From positions 3,680,001 through 3,744,000 of the forward strand of contig OZ244252.1 in NCBI GenBank assembly GCA_965217185.1: a stretch of DNA of 64,000 nt, given 5' to 3'. The notes beneath the pieces were generated by a model. It saw nothing but the letters and a program-made list of their open reading frames with translations. It was not told the origin of the DNA and did not search any database. Numbering within the stretch: position 1 is the first letter of the stretch; each line of letters begins with the position of its first letter. Origin of the DNA: an uncultured Candidatus Entotheonella sp. (GTDB lineage Bacteria > Tectomicrobia > Entotheonellia > Entotheonellales > Entotheonellaceae). The position numbers and the translations under genes were made by a program. Positions 48,088-57,931 of this stretch are shown here, one piece after another.

Positions 48088-48691
48088 TTTGCCCCGTCAC
48101 CGAGGCGATCAGGTCCAGCAGGTTGGTGATCTGGTAGTTGGGGATGGTGACGACTTCGTCGCGCCCGGCGGCCTGGACGTAGCGGCTGAAGGTGTCCGGC
48201 GCGACGTCGCCGATGGTGTACTGGGCGAGCGGCTCCTGGCTTTCCGAACCGTAGACCAGGATGATCATGTCCGGGCTGGCGATGCCGTAAGCCTCGGCGT
48301 CCTTGGCCAGCACGAAGTCACGCTCGATGCGGGTTCGGCCGAAGGCGGCGAGGGCGAGGTCGATCCGTTGCGTGAAGGCGTCGTCGGCTTGATGCTCGTG
48401 GTTTTCCGCGGGTGCGGCGCCTTGGTCGTGGGTGTGATAGAACCAGACGCCGTTGGCGTTGCGTTCAAAGCGGTGCAGGGTGCCGGCGTGGCCGATCTCG
48501 ACGGCCGTCAACTGCGCCAGCGGTGCCGGCATCAGCATGCGCACCTCACGTTCCTCGTGCCCGCCGTGCTCGTCCTCGGGGGCCATCAGATCGCTGCGCT
48601 CGATAAGGATGACCGCCCCCACCAGCACCACAAACACCAGCCAGACAATGAGCAGGCGGGCGCGCCTGCCAGGGTTCATCGCTGTTTCCAC
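48074..48691 (-). CDS. DUF4340-like membrane-anchored protein, His-rich
   Basis: N-terminal TM; AYGI..P, IGD.AP...RYV; follows the GldG-like gene. Confidence 0.75.
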   Translation of the reverse strand: METAMNPGRRARLLIVWLVFVVLVGAVILIERSDLMAPEDEHGGHEEREVRMLMPAPLAQLTAVEIGHAGTLHRFERNANGVWFYHTHDQGAAPAENHEHQADDAFTQRIDLALAAFGRTRIERDFVLAKDAEAYGIASPDMIILVYGSESQEPLAQYTIGDVAPDTFSRYVQAAGRDEVVTIPNYQITNLLDLIASVTGQSRSD

Positions 48692-50328
48692 CAGACCGCG
48701 ATGCCGACCACGGCCAGGATGCCGGGGATGAGCACGATGGTCAGGAAGAGGGTGCCCTTCATCTGCCGATTGGTGAGGTTGACGCGCGGCAGGTCGTAAG
48801 TGCGGGGTTTGATGCCGATGAGGTTCTCCTGGGCCGCCAGATAGCTCACCGTGTTCACGAACAGGGTGCCGTTGCCCAGGATGTGAAAGAAGGAATTGGT
48901 GGCGAAGTCCGAGTCGCCCACCACCGCGATGCGCGACCGCCCGGTGGGCATGGACGCCGCGTCCCCGTTTTCGTCCTCAGGCGGCAGGGCCGGGATGGGC
49001 GGCAGGTCGTCCCGCGGCCCAAGTCGTTGGAGGGCTTCGGCGCTGCTCGGGTCCACCGGCCGCCGGCTGATGATGGCCATGATGGTGTTCGGCCCCGCCT
49101 GATCGTTCTCGTCCAGCCCGACACGGTCGGGTGTCGTCTCGCCGTAGCTGTTGGTGGACGAGTTGACGATCGGCATCACGCTGGTGCCCGTCACGCGCTC
49201 GGGGGCCGGCGACAACGAACGCACGCCGGGATAAAATGTCAGCGGCAACTCGCGGGTCACTTGGTGATGGTTGTAACTGGTGACCGCTGGCGACGACACG
49301 TCGGCCCAGAAGTGCCTGGCCTCGTCGATGACGATGTTGTCGTTCACCACCACGCCGTGGGCGCGAAGCACCGGTTCCAGGCCGCTTTGCACGAAGGGGT
49401 CGAGCATGAAAAAGGCATTGCCGTTGGCGGTCAGAAAATCCTCTATCGTCGTGATCTCGGCCTCCAGCAACGGCACCTTCGGTCCCGCTACGACCAGTAC
49501 CGCACAGCCGTCCAGCGTCCCGGTGCCGCCCAACAGCGACACCTTTTCGACCTTGTAATTCAAGGCTTCCAGGGTGTGCCGCGCCTTGGCCATGCCGTGG
49601 CGCTCGTGCACCATGGTCTTACCGCCCAGGCCGTGCGTGTGCCCGGCCTCGCCTTCCATGTGGTCGTGCGATTCGGTGCTGAAGGGGTCCGCCTCGCCGT
49701 GCCCTTCGAGGAAACAGACGCGCTGGTTGGCGTCTTGCGCGATGCGCAGGATGCCGTTGGCGATGTCGATCTCCTCGCTGCCGTGCACCTGCATGGTGCG
49801 GCCCTCGCTTTCCAGGACGGCAGTGCCGGCGAACTGCACGCCCCGCATTCGCGCCTGTGCCGGGTTGATCATCGGGTCGTAGAAATCCACCGTCACCAGC
49901 GGCGATTGCGCGGCGATCAACTCGTACAGCTCAACCGTCGGGCGCAGCAGGGGATCGTGGAAGAACACGATGTGCACCGGCTTGTCGATGCGCTCCAGCA
50001 TGGCAACAGTCTGCTCAGACAGCGAGTGCAGGCCCTCGTCGGTGAGGTCGAAGCGCAGGGGGTAGAGGACGGAAAGGTACGCCACCACCATGAGCACGCC
50101 CACCATGCCCAGGGCGTACAGCGCGATTTCCGTGCGGCGGCGGTGCAGCAGAGCGCCGATGTCGCGGCGCAGCGCCACCAAGCCCCACACCATCAGCGCG
50201 GCGCCGACGATGGCGAGCGCCAGGGTCCACACCGACGGCTCCAGCAGAATGGCGTGCACGGCCAGTGCGGCCGCTAGCAGGGCGACCCCCAGCAACAAAA
50301 TGATGCCCGAGAGGAAGGAGCGTTCCAT
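48676..50328 (-). CDS. GldG family ABC auxiliary component
   Basis: RFDLT...SLSEQT, FLEGHGE, VVAGP, VVGDSDF, C-terminal TM. Confidence 0.88.
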   Translation of the reverse strand: MERSFLSGIILLLGVALLAAALAVHAILLEPSVWTLALAIVGAALMVWGLVALRRDIGALLHRRRTEIALYALGMVGVLMVVAYLSVLYPLRFDLTDEGLHSLSEQTVAMLERIDKPVHIVFFHDPLLRPTVELYELIAAQSPLVTVDFYDPMINPAQARMRGVQFAGTAVLESEGRTMQVHGSEEIDIANGILRIAQDANQRVCFLEGHGEADPFSTESHDHMEGEAGHTHGLGGKTMVHERHGMAKARHTLEALNYKVEKVSLLGGTGTLDGCAVLVVAGPKVPLLEAEITTIEDFLTANGNAFFMLDPFVQSGLEPVLRAHGVVVNDNIVIDEARHFWADVSSPAVTSYNHHQVTRELPLTFYPGVRSLSPAPERVTGTSVMPIVNSSTNSYGETTPDRVGLDENDQAGPNTIMAIISRRPVDPSSAEALQRLGPRDDLPPIPALPPEDENGDAASMPTGRSRIAVVGDSDFATNSFFHILGNGTLFVNTVSYLAAQENLIGIKPRTYDLPRVNLTNRQMKGTLFLTIVLIPGILAVVGIAVWWKQR

Positions 50329-50329
50329 G

Positions 50330-51037
50330 TTAGCGCTGCCACCGCAGATAACTGGTGTTGAGGACCAGGACGATGGCGCACACGACGAGGTAGAAGATCA
50401 CCGACTCGGTGCGCACCAGCCCCTGCACGAATTCCTCGAAATGGCGTGAAAACGACAGGTAGCCAAGCAAATTCCGCCACGCAAAGGACGTCTGGAAGCG
50501 CTGCGCGTTGGCGATGAACCAGAAGGCCAGCAGCACCGCCACGGTGATGAGCGCCGCCACGATCTGGTTCTGCGTCAGGGAGGAGAACAGTTGGCCGATG
50601 GCCAGGCAGGTCATGCCCAGGAGGATGAAGCCGATGTAGCCGGAGAGGATCGTCATGCCCTCGGGGTTGCCGAACAGGTACAGCGGCACCACGTCGACCA
50701 GCGTACCGGCCGTCATGAACAGCAGGATGGTGACGGCGCCGGCGAATTTGCCCAGCACAATCTGCCAAGGCCGCAGCGGCAGGGTGGCCAGCAACTCCAT
50801 GGTGCGGCCGTTGTACTCGCTGGTGAACAGCCGCATGGAGACGACGGGCATGACGAGGAGCAGCAGGATGGCCATGTTCTGGAAGGTCTCGGTCATCCGG
50901 GCGTTGCCGGTGAGGAAGATGCTGTAGGTGAAGAAGTAGCCGGTGCCGACCAGGAACACCGCCATCACGAAGTAGGCGATGGGGGAGCGAAAATAGAGCC
51001 GCAACTCCTTTTGATACACGGCCAAGGCGCCGTTCAT
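50330..51037 (-). CDS. ABC-2 permease (GldF-like)
   Basis: KELRLYFRSPIAY, MRLFTSE, IVLGKF, SSLTQNQIVAA. Confidence 0.9.
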   Translation of the reverse strand: MNGALAVYQKELRLYFRSPIAYFVMAVFLVGTGYFFTYSIFLTGNARMTETFQNMAILLLLVMPVVSMRLFTSEYNGRTMELLATLPLRPWQIVLGKFAGAVTILLFMTAGTLVDVVPLYLFGNPEGMTILSGYIGFILLGMTCLAIGQLFSSLTQNQIVAALITVAVLLAFWFIANAQRFQTSFAWRNLLGYLSFSRHFEEFVQGLVRTESVIFYLVVCAIVLVLNTSYLRWQR

Positions 51038-51041
51038 GCCG

Positions 51042-51977
51042 TCATCCCTCGCTCACGTATTGCAGGAAGATGTTTTCCAGCGTTGGCTCCTGCCGTCCGA
51101 GGTTGTGCAACGGCCAGCGCGGCGCCACAGCGCGGGCAATGGCCGCCTCCACGCCGTCGCGCGGCTCGATCTGGCATTCGACCTGCAGCCGGTCACTGGT
51201 GTCGCCAGCGGTTTCCACCTCCACGGATCGCACGCCGTCAACGGACAGCAATTCCTGCCGCAGCTCGTCGGCCGGCGCCGTTACCTGCAGGCTCACGCGG
51301 TTCGTCTGCTCCAGCGCCCGCTGCAGGCCGCTCGGCGAGTCGATGGCCAGCAGCCGTCCGTTGTTGATGATGGCCACGCGCTTACAGATCATGGTGACTT
51401 CCGAGAGGATGTGAGTGCTGAACAACACCGTGTGCTCGGCGCCAAAGGATCGGATGATGTCGCGCGCCTCGTGCAGTTGCCCCGGATCCAGGCCGATGGT
51501 CGGCTCGTCCAGCAGCAGCACCTGCGGCTTGCCGAGCAGGGCTTGCGCGAGCCCCACGCGTTGCCGGTAGCCCTTGGACAGCTTGTAGATTTCGCGCCGC
51601 ACCACGTCACCCAACTGGCAGGCGGTGGTGACGCGGTCGAGTTCGGTAGCCACATCCGAACGCGCCACGCCCTTGGCCTTGGCGACAAAGCGTAGGTAGG
51701 CGGTCACGTCCAGGGTGTCGTAAAGCGGCGGGTGTTCCGGCAGGTAGCCGATATGGGAGGCGGCCGCGTCGTTCTGGGTAGCCATGTCGTAGCCGGCCAC
51801 GCTGACGCGCCCGGAACTGGCCGTGATGAAACCGGCGATCATGCGCAAGGTGGTGGTTTTGCCGGAGCCGTTAGGGCCGAGGAATCCGACGATCTCGCCC
51901 TTTTCCACCGAGAACGACAGGTCGTGGATGACGGTTCGGGAACCGTAGCGTTTGGAGACGGATTCGAGGGTAATCAT
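51042..51977 (-). CDS. ABC ATP-binding protein (GldA-like)
   Basis: GPNGSGKT, LSKGYRQRVG, LDEPTIGLDP, STHIL. Confidence 0.92.
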   Translation of the reverse strand: MITLESVSKRYGSRTVIHDLSFSVEKGEIVGFLGPNGSGKTTTLRMIAGFITASSGRVSVAGYDMATQNDAAASHIGYLPEHPPLYDTLDVTAYLRFVAKAKGVARSDVATELDRVTTACQLGDVVRREIYKLSKGYRQRVGLAQALLGKPQVLLLDEPTIGLDPGQLHEARDIIRSFGAEHTVLFSTHILSEVTMICKRVAIINNGRLLAIDSPSGLQRALEQTNRVSLQVTAPADELRQELLSVDGVRSVEVETAGDTSDRLQVECQIEPRDGVEAAIARAVAPRWPLHNLGRQEPTLENIFLQYVSEG

Positions 51978-52050
51978 GCCGCCCGGCGCTCATGTTGGCA
52001 GGTCAATCGAAGAAGGCCCCTTCGTGCGGGAGGGCCTTCCGGTCACAGGG

Positions 52051-52923
52051 CTACTGATACCACTTTTCGCCCATCTTTTCGTACTGATTCATGCTGTGGC
52101 CCAACCAGAGCTGGGCGTTCTCGATATCACGAAGCATCTTGATGCGCTGGACCGACTTGTTGTAGTCAAGGATGCTGTAGTTGAGCCCGGCGGGGTACCC
52201 CTCCAGGTTCTCCTCCACCCACACGGCGTCCTGCGTCAGGAGGACCGTGCCGGTATCGGCCAGTTGCACCTTGACCGACTGGTGGCCGAGGGTATGACCC
52301 GGCGTGCTGATGACGACCATGCTGCCGTCGCCGAACAGGTCATAGTCGCCGCCCAACTCGAAATAGGTGAAGTCGCGCGCGTCGTCATAGTCGGCCATGA
52401 CGTGCGCCCCGCCGCGCTGGAACTTCTCCGGCCACCACGCCTGGTACAACTCTTTCTTCTGGATCACGTGGATGGCATCCGGGAACATCTCAATGTTGCC
52501 GATGTGGTCCAGGTGCGAGTGCGAGGTGATGACGATCTTCACGTCACCGACACGGTAGCCGACCTTTTCGAGTAGTTTGTCGATGACCTCCGCGCGGGTC
52601 TGGGAGGGTTGCAGATTATCGCAAATCCAGGAGTTCCAGTGGCTCTTGCAATTGCCGTCGGAGATGGCCACGTTGTTGCCGGTGTCAAAGACGACCAAGC
52701 CCTTCGGGTGATCAATGATGTACATGTTGACGGGCATCATGACATCCCGGTCCTGGTCCTTCGGATAGGTGGGCAGCACGTCGAGGATGGAGAAGGGTCC
52801 GAGCAGGCCGCTGGCGGTCCAGAATATCCTGATCCTGGCGTCTCCGTGACTCATGGCGGCGACTGAGGAGGCGCCGACGCAAACCATGACGAGGATTGCC
52901 GTAGCGATGCCAAGCTTCTTCAT
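52051..52923 (-). CDS. Secreted MBL-fold hydrolase, AHL-lactonase family (copy 3)
   Basis: Signal peptide; DTG, HSHLDH, PGHTLGH, QDA, terminal GH. Confidence 0.88.
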   Translation of the reverse strand: MKKLGIATAILVMVCVGASSVAAMSHGDARIRIFWTASGLLGPFSILDVLPTYPKDQDRDVMMPVNMYIIDHPKGLVVFDTGNNVAISDGNCKSHWNSWICDNLQPSQTRAEVIDKLLEKVGYRVGDVKIVITSHSHLDHIGNIEMFPDAIHVIQKKELYQAWWPEKFQRGGAHVMADYDDARDFTYFELGGDYDLFGDGSMVVISTPGHTLGHQSVKVQLADTGTVLLTQDAVWVEENLEGYPAGLNYSILDYNKSVQRIKMLRDIENAQLWLGHSMNQYEKMGEKWYQ

Positions 52924-53040
52924 TACCTTCTTCCCTTATCGATTACTGCTTGTCAATCAACCAGGGGCGGGAACCAACAGCGGCCCCGCCCCTTTCAAGC
53001 TAAACCTGCCCGACAGCAAGAGGGGTTCACGTGGCGCGGA

Positions 53041-53913
53041 CTACTGGTACCACTTCTCGCCCATCACCTCGTACTGTTCCATGCTGTGGCCCATCCAGAC
53101 CTGAGCGTTCTCGATGTCACGAATCATCTTGATGCGGTTCACCGAATTCGTGTAGTCGAGGATGCTGTAATTGAGCCCGGCGGGGTGACCTTCCAGGTTC
53201 TCCTTCACCCACACGGCGTCCTGCGCCAGTATGACCGTGCCGGTCTCAGCCATCCGCACCTTGACCGACTGGTGCCCGAGGGTGTGGCCCGGAGTGCTGA
53301 TGACCACCACGCTGCCGTCGCCGAACAGGTCATAGTCGCCATTGAGCTCAAAGTAGGTGAAATCGCGCGCGTCGTCATAGTCGGCGACGACGTGCGCTCC
53401 ACCGCGCTGGAACTTCTCCGGCCACCAGGCCTGGTACAACTCTTTCTTCTGGATCACGTGGATGGCATCCGGGAACATCTCGATGTTGCCGATGTGGTCC
53501 AGGTGGGAGTGCGAGGTGATGACGATCTTGACGTCGTCGACCGTGAAGCCGACCTTTTCGAGTTGCTTGTCGATGACGTCGGCGCGCGTCTGGGACGGTT
53601 GCAGGAGGCCGCAGAAGCCCTCGTTCCAATGGCTGGTGCAATTACCGTCGGAGATGGCCACGTTGTTGCCGGTGTCAAACAGGATCAGGCCCATCGGGTG
53701 ATCGATGATCCACATGTTGATGGGGATCATGATGTCGTGGTCCTGGTCTTTCGGATAGGAGGGCAGCAAAACGCTAATGGGCAGGGGGCCGAACAGGCCG
53801 CTGGCGGTCCAGAAAATCTTGGGACCGGCGGCGCCGTGACTCATGGCGGCGACCGAAGAGGCGCCGACACACACCATGACAAGGATTGCCACAGCGATTG
53901 TGAGCTTCTTCAT
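53041..53913 (-). CDS. Secreted MBL-fold hydrolase, AHL-lactonase family (copy 2)
   Basis: Same motifs as copy 3; near-identical core. Confidence 0.88.
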   Translation of the reverse strand: MKKLTIAVAILVMVCVGASSVAAMSHGAAGPKIFWTASGLFGPLPISVLLPSYPKDQDHDIMIPINMWIIDHPMGLILFDTGNNVAISDGNCTSHWNEGFCGLLQPSQTRADVIDKQLEKVGFTVDDVKIVITSHSHLDHIGNIEMFPDAIHVIQKKELYQAWWPEKFQRGGAHVVADYDDARDFTYFELNGDYDLFGDGSVVVISTPGHTLGHQSVKVRMAETGTVILAQDAVWVKENLEGHPAGLNYSILDYTNSVNRIKMIRDIENAQVWMGHSMEQYEVMGEKWYQ

Positions 53914-54031
53914 TACCTCTCTCCTTATCGATGACAACTCGTCACATTAACCGAAGGGCGAGAACCGGCAGCGGCCCCGCCCCCTTTCATGCGAGCCTTC
54001 CCCGACAGCAGAAAGGCTCACGCGGCGCGGG

Positions 54032-54898
54032 CTACTGGTACCACTTCTCGCCCATCGCCTCGTACTGCTTGATGCTGTGTCCCAGCCACAACGGCGCGTT
54101 CTCAATGTCGCGCATCATCTTCAGCCGGTTCACGGACTGGGTGTAGTCCAGGATGCTGTAGTTCAGGCCGGCGGGATAGCCTTCCAGGTTCTCTTCCATC
54201 CACACCGCGTCCTGCGTCAGGATGACCGTGCCGGTGTCGGCCATCCGCACCTTCACGGATTGATGCCCGAGGGTGTGGCCCGGGGTGCTGATGACAACCA
54301 AGCTGCCGTCGCCGAACAGGTCATAGTCGCCGTTGAGCTCGAAATAGGTGAAATCACGCGCGTCGTCATAATCGGCCATGACGTGCGCCCCGCCGCGCTG
54401 GAACTTCTCCGGCCACCAGGCCTGGTACAGTTCCTTCTTCTGGATCACGTGGATGGCATTCGGGAACATCTCGATGTTGCCGATGTGGTCCAGGTGGGAG
54501 TGCGAGGTGATGACGATCTTGACGTCGTCGACCGTGAAGCCGACCTTTTCGAGTTGCTTGTCGATGACGTCGCCGCGCGCCTGGGAGGGCTGCAGGAAAT
54601 CGCAGAGGCCCGCAATCCAGTGGCTCGTGCAGGCGCCGTCGGAAATGGCCACGTTGTTGCCGGTGTCATAGACGACCAAGCCTTTCGGGTGGTCGATGAT
54701 CCACATGTTGATGGGGATCAGGATGTCACGGGCGTCGGGGTAGGTGGGGATAAGACCCTGGATGTTGAAGGGGCCGAACAGGCCGCTGGCCGTCCAGTAG
54801 ACTCTGGGGCCGGCGCCATGGCTCATGGCGCTGGCCGTGGAGGCACCGATCACGCAAACCATGGCGAACAGCGCCACGGCGATCACAAACTTACGCAT
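54032..54898 (-). CDS. Secreted MBL-fold hydrolase, AHL-lactonase family (copy 1)
   Basis: Same motifs; GAGGAG before ATG 54898. Confidence 0.88.
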   Translation of the reverse strand: MRKFVIAVALFAMVCVIGASTASAMSHGAGPRVYWTASGLFGPFNIQGLIPTYPDARDILIPINMWIIDHPKGLVVYDTGNNVAISDGACTSHWIAGLCDFLQPSQARGDVIDKQLEKVGFTVDDVKIVITSHSHLDHIGNIEMFPNAIHVIQKKELYQAWWPEKFQRGGAHVMADYDDARDFTYFELNGDYDLFGDGSLVVISTPGHTLGHQSVKVRMADTGTVILTQDAVWMEENLEGYPAGLNYSILDYTQSVNRLKMMRDIENAPLWLGHSIKQYEAMGEKWYQ

Positions 54899-55057
54899 AC
54901 CAAATCTCCTCATAATGAAAAAGCGTCCCAGGGCCGCAGATAAACCCCTGGTCCGACTTGGAAATCCTCGAAGTTGCAGCCTTATATCACGCGACAGCGT
55001 ACCATAGCAAGGGGTTTTCCGGCAGTCAAACACCAAAAAAGCGGCTTCAAATAAGGC

Positions 55058-55810
55058 TTACAGGGCTGTTACACCCCCGTCGATGACCATCTCGCTGCCG
55101 GTCATGAACGACGACTCATCGGAGGCCAGAAATAGAACGCCATAGGCGATCTCATCGGGGTCGGCGTACCTGCCGAGCGGGGTGCGGCGCCGCATGGCTT
55201 GCAGCCACTCTGGATCGGACCAGCCGCGCTCGGTCATGGGCGTCTTCACCGGGCCGGGATGGATGGAGTTGCAGCGGATGCCCTCGGCGGCGTGCTGCAC
55301 CGCGGTGGACTTGGTGAGAATGCGCACCGCGCCCTTGGAGGCGTTGTAGCCGGGGTGGATGTTGGTTTGACCCACCATGCCGGATATCGACGAGATGTTG
55401 ATGATGGAACCGCCGCCGGCCGCGCGCATCGCCGGAATCACCGCCTTGGTGCCCAGAAACACCCCCTTGGCGTTGACCTCCATGATGCGGTCCCACTCCT
55501 CCACGGTGGCGTCGTCGCCGGCGTTCCAACTGGCGATGCCGGCGTTGTTGACTAGAATGTCCACCTTGCCGAAGCGCGACACCGCAGTGCCGACCGCCTC
55601 GCGCCAGGCGTCCTCGTCGGTCACGTCCAACCGCACGTAAACCGCCTCGCCACCCGCCGCCGTAATCTCGGCTTCAACCTGCCGGCCCTCGTCGTCCAGG
55701 ATGTCGCCAAACACCACCTTGGCGCCTTCCCTCACAAACATCCTCGCCTCCGCCGCTCCCTGCCCGCGGGCGCCTCCGGTGATGATGGCGACCTTGCCTT
55801 GTAAGCGCAT
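55058..55810 (-). CDS. Short-chain dehydrogenase/reductase
   Basis: TGGARGQG, NNAG, YNASK. Confidence 0.93.
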   Translation of the reverse strand: MRLQGKVAIITGGARGQGAAEARMFVREGAKVVFGDILDDEGRQVEAEITAAGGEAVYVRLDVTDEDAWREAVGTAVSRFGKVDILVNNAGIASWNAGDDATVEEWDRIMEVNAKGVFLGTKAVIPAMRAAGGGSIINISSISGMVGQTNIHPGYNASKGAVRILTKSTAVQHAAEGIRCNSIHPGPVKTPMTERGWSDPEWLQAMRRRTPLGRYADPDEIAYGVLFLASDESSFMTGSEMVIDGGVTAL

Positions 55811-56003
55811 GCGTGTGTCTCCTTCAGAAATCATGCGTGGTTGATTAGCAGTTCATAGCGGGGCGTAGTATCTCCGCTTAGTATGGCAATGCGCAACTGG
55901 CGTTGACTCTGACTGTAGAACCACACCGAATTCTGGTCTGAAATGCCGTAGGGGAATTATATTCTTGTGCACGACGGATCGACTCCAGATATGAGGAGAT
56001 GGC

Positions 56004-56861
56004 GTGATGCTTCGTGAACATGCACTTCGTTTCAGGCTCGCGCTGCTTGCGGCCTTGGTAAGCTCGGCTGCGTTCCTGCTTGCCGGGTGTGAGCAGGCGA
56101 AGGCACCGCTGCCGGGCAGCTTCAACACCGCCGATGTCGCCGCTTATTGCAGGGACTGGGCCAAATTACGGAACGCGGGTTTCGTCTACGAGAACAACGT
56201 CTGGAACCAAGGAACCATCAAAAGAGAGAATCGTGCCCAATGCTTGTTGAAGCGCGTCGTGGACGGCGAGGTGCAGTACGGCTGGCGCTGGCGATGGCCG
56301 CGCGGAAGCGGAAACGTAAAGGCATATCCGGAAGTCATCTACGGACATAAGCCATGGTTCACGTCTTCGACAACGGCGGACCTGCCCCGTCGAATATCCA
56401 CTATCGACAAGCTATCCGTTACCTATGACATCGAGATGCAGGCGCGGGGGCGCTACAATTTGGCCTTCGACATATGGGTGACAGATAGCGAGAGACCGAC
56501 CCCTTCGGACATCACGCACGAAATCATGATCTGGGTGGGCGAACGGACGCGCGCGTGGGAACCGTCGCCGGGGTATCTGGCCAAAAGGGTCGCGATTGGC
56601 GGCGCGACGTATGACCTCACCATCAGGCCGCACGCCGAATGGCTCAAAGAACACGGCGCCCCGGATGTCGCCTACATCGCCTTCAACAGCCGCACGGCCC
56701 AAGTAAGCGGCAGGATCGACGTCAAGAAATTTCTCGATTACCTGACGGATCACGACCACCTTCCTGCCGATGGTTACATAGCCTCGGTGGAGTTGGGAAA
56801 CGAGGTTATGAACGGCACCGGCGAGTTGTGGCTCAAGAGCTATGAAATCAGAGTCGACTAA
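56004..56861 (+). CDS. Glycoside hydrolase family 12-like lipoprotein
   Basis: LAGC lipobox; NNVW, VKAYP, YNLAFDIW, HEIMIW, ELGNE. Confidence 0.82.
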   Translation: MMLREHALRFRLALLAALVSSAAFLLAGCEQAKAPLPGSFNTADVAAYCRDWAKLRNAGFVYENNVWNQGTIKRENRAQCLLKRVVDGEVQYGWRWRWPRGSGNVKAYPEVIYGHKPWFTSSTTADLPRRISTIDKLSVTYDIEMQARGRYNLAFDIWVTDSERPTPSDITHEIMIWVGERTRAWEPSPGYLAKRVAIGGATYDLTIRPHAEWLKEHGAPDVAYIAFNSRTAQVSGRIDVKKFLDYLTDHDHLPADGYIASVELGNEVMNGTGELWLKSYEIRVD

Positions 56862-57051
56862 GGACTCGGAACGGCTGGCAGATCCGTCTCGCGGGTGTCG
56901 CGGTCTGGCGGTCGGGGGGCGGCTCCCAGCGCTGCTGGGTTGCCCCGCAAAATTTCCTGAGGCGTTTCCGCTCTGTTGTCGACATGTGCTCGGCCGTGCA
57001 CTCAATTAACCTCTGGCTGTCAGAACACCTGCCGAAAGACAAGGAGACCTG

Positions 57052-57537
57052 ATGGCTGTCGAACCTCCTTTACTGGTCATGCTCGTCGGCCTGCCGGGAA
57101 GTGGCAAGAGCACCGCTGCCAAACGCCTGGCCTCTGTGATCAGTAACCAAGGGCGACCGTGCGAAATAATTGGCACCGACGTCTACCTGGAGGCCGAAGC
57201 AGCACGCCGAGGTCTGTCATACACAGCGATTTTTGCGGAGCAGCGCGACTTAGCGGACGCCATCATGTGGAGCCGCGCCAAGGAGGCCATCCGCAGGCGA
57301 ATTTCCGTCATCTGGGATCAGACGAACCTCACGGCGAACGCTCGCCGCTGGCGCCTGCGTCTATTCCCCGAGGATTACTTGCGCATCGCGGCCGTCATGC
57401 CCGCAACCGACGACGAAGCCTGGGAACGCAACCTTGCGCGCGGCCCGGGGCGTGCGGTGCCCGAGCACGTTTTTGACCGCATGCGGGCGGAATTGCGTCG
57501 TCCGAGCAGGGAAGAGGGCTTTCAGATGTTCCTCTGA
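57052..57537 (+). CDS. Small P-loop kinase (AAA_33-like)
   Basis: GLPGSGKST, WDQTNL, VPEHV, PSREEGF. Confidence 0.8.
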   Translation: MAVEPPLLVMLVGLPGSGKSTAAKRLASVISNQGRPCEIIGTDVYLEAEAARRGLSYTAIFAEQRDLADAIMWSRAKEAIRRRISVIWDQTNLTANARRWRLRLFPEDYLRIAAVMPATDDEAWERNLARGPGRAVPEHVFDRMRAELRRPSREEGFQMFL

Positions 57538-57659
57538 TGCGTCGAAAAACCTCATCGGAACGAAAATACTACCTGGCAGAGCGTGGGACAGGTTGCGGAG
57601 TCGTCAGAGCGGCCGATGCAATCGGGTCACCACTTTTTCGGGGACTGCCATCCAGTTGA

Positions 57660-57772
57660 CGGCGGAGGGCAGCACCCGCGTCCCCGAGGTGAACAGCCAG
57701 CGTGCGCCCGGCGGCACTTCAACAGCGTCGTTTGTAGCGGTCGATCTGCGAGGCAACTCCAACGTTGTGCAT
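57660..57772 (-). pseudogene. RidA family 5' remnant
   Basis: MHNVGVASQIDRY, then DAVEVPPGARWLFTSGT after a frameshift; purine-rich RBS upstream. Confidence 0.6.
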
Positions 57773-57931
57773 CAAGTTCCCCTTCCTTGTCACATTGCGC
57801 CAGTATTCCTGTGCATTTCAGCAGATTCCGACAGAGAATTCCCGTGTTTCAAAATGGACAACGCCGAGGGGGCGGGGTAGGGTAGGCGCTTCCAGAAGGG
57901 GACACATCACAAAACTGGGGATAGACCGAAG

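Noticed and set aside
48676..51977. Gliding motility function for the GldAFG-like genes
   Set aside because: No other gliding/T9SS genes nearby; the family is widespread in non-gliding bacteria
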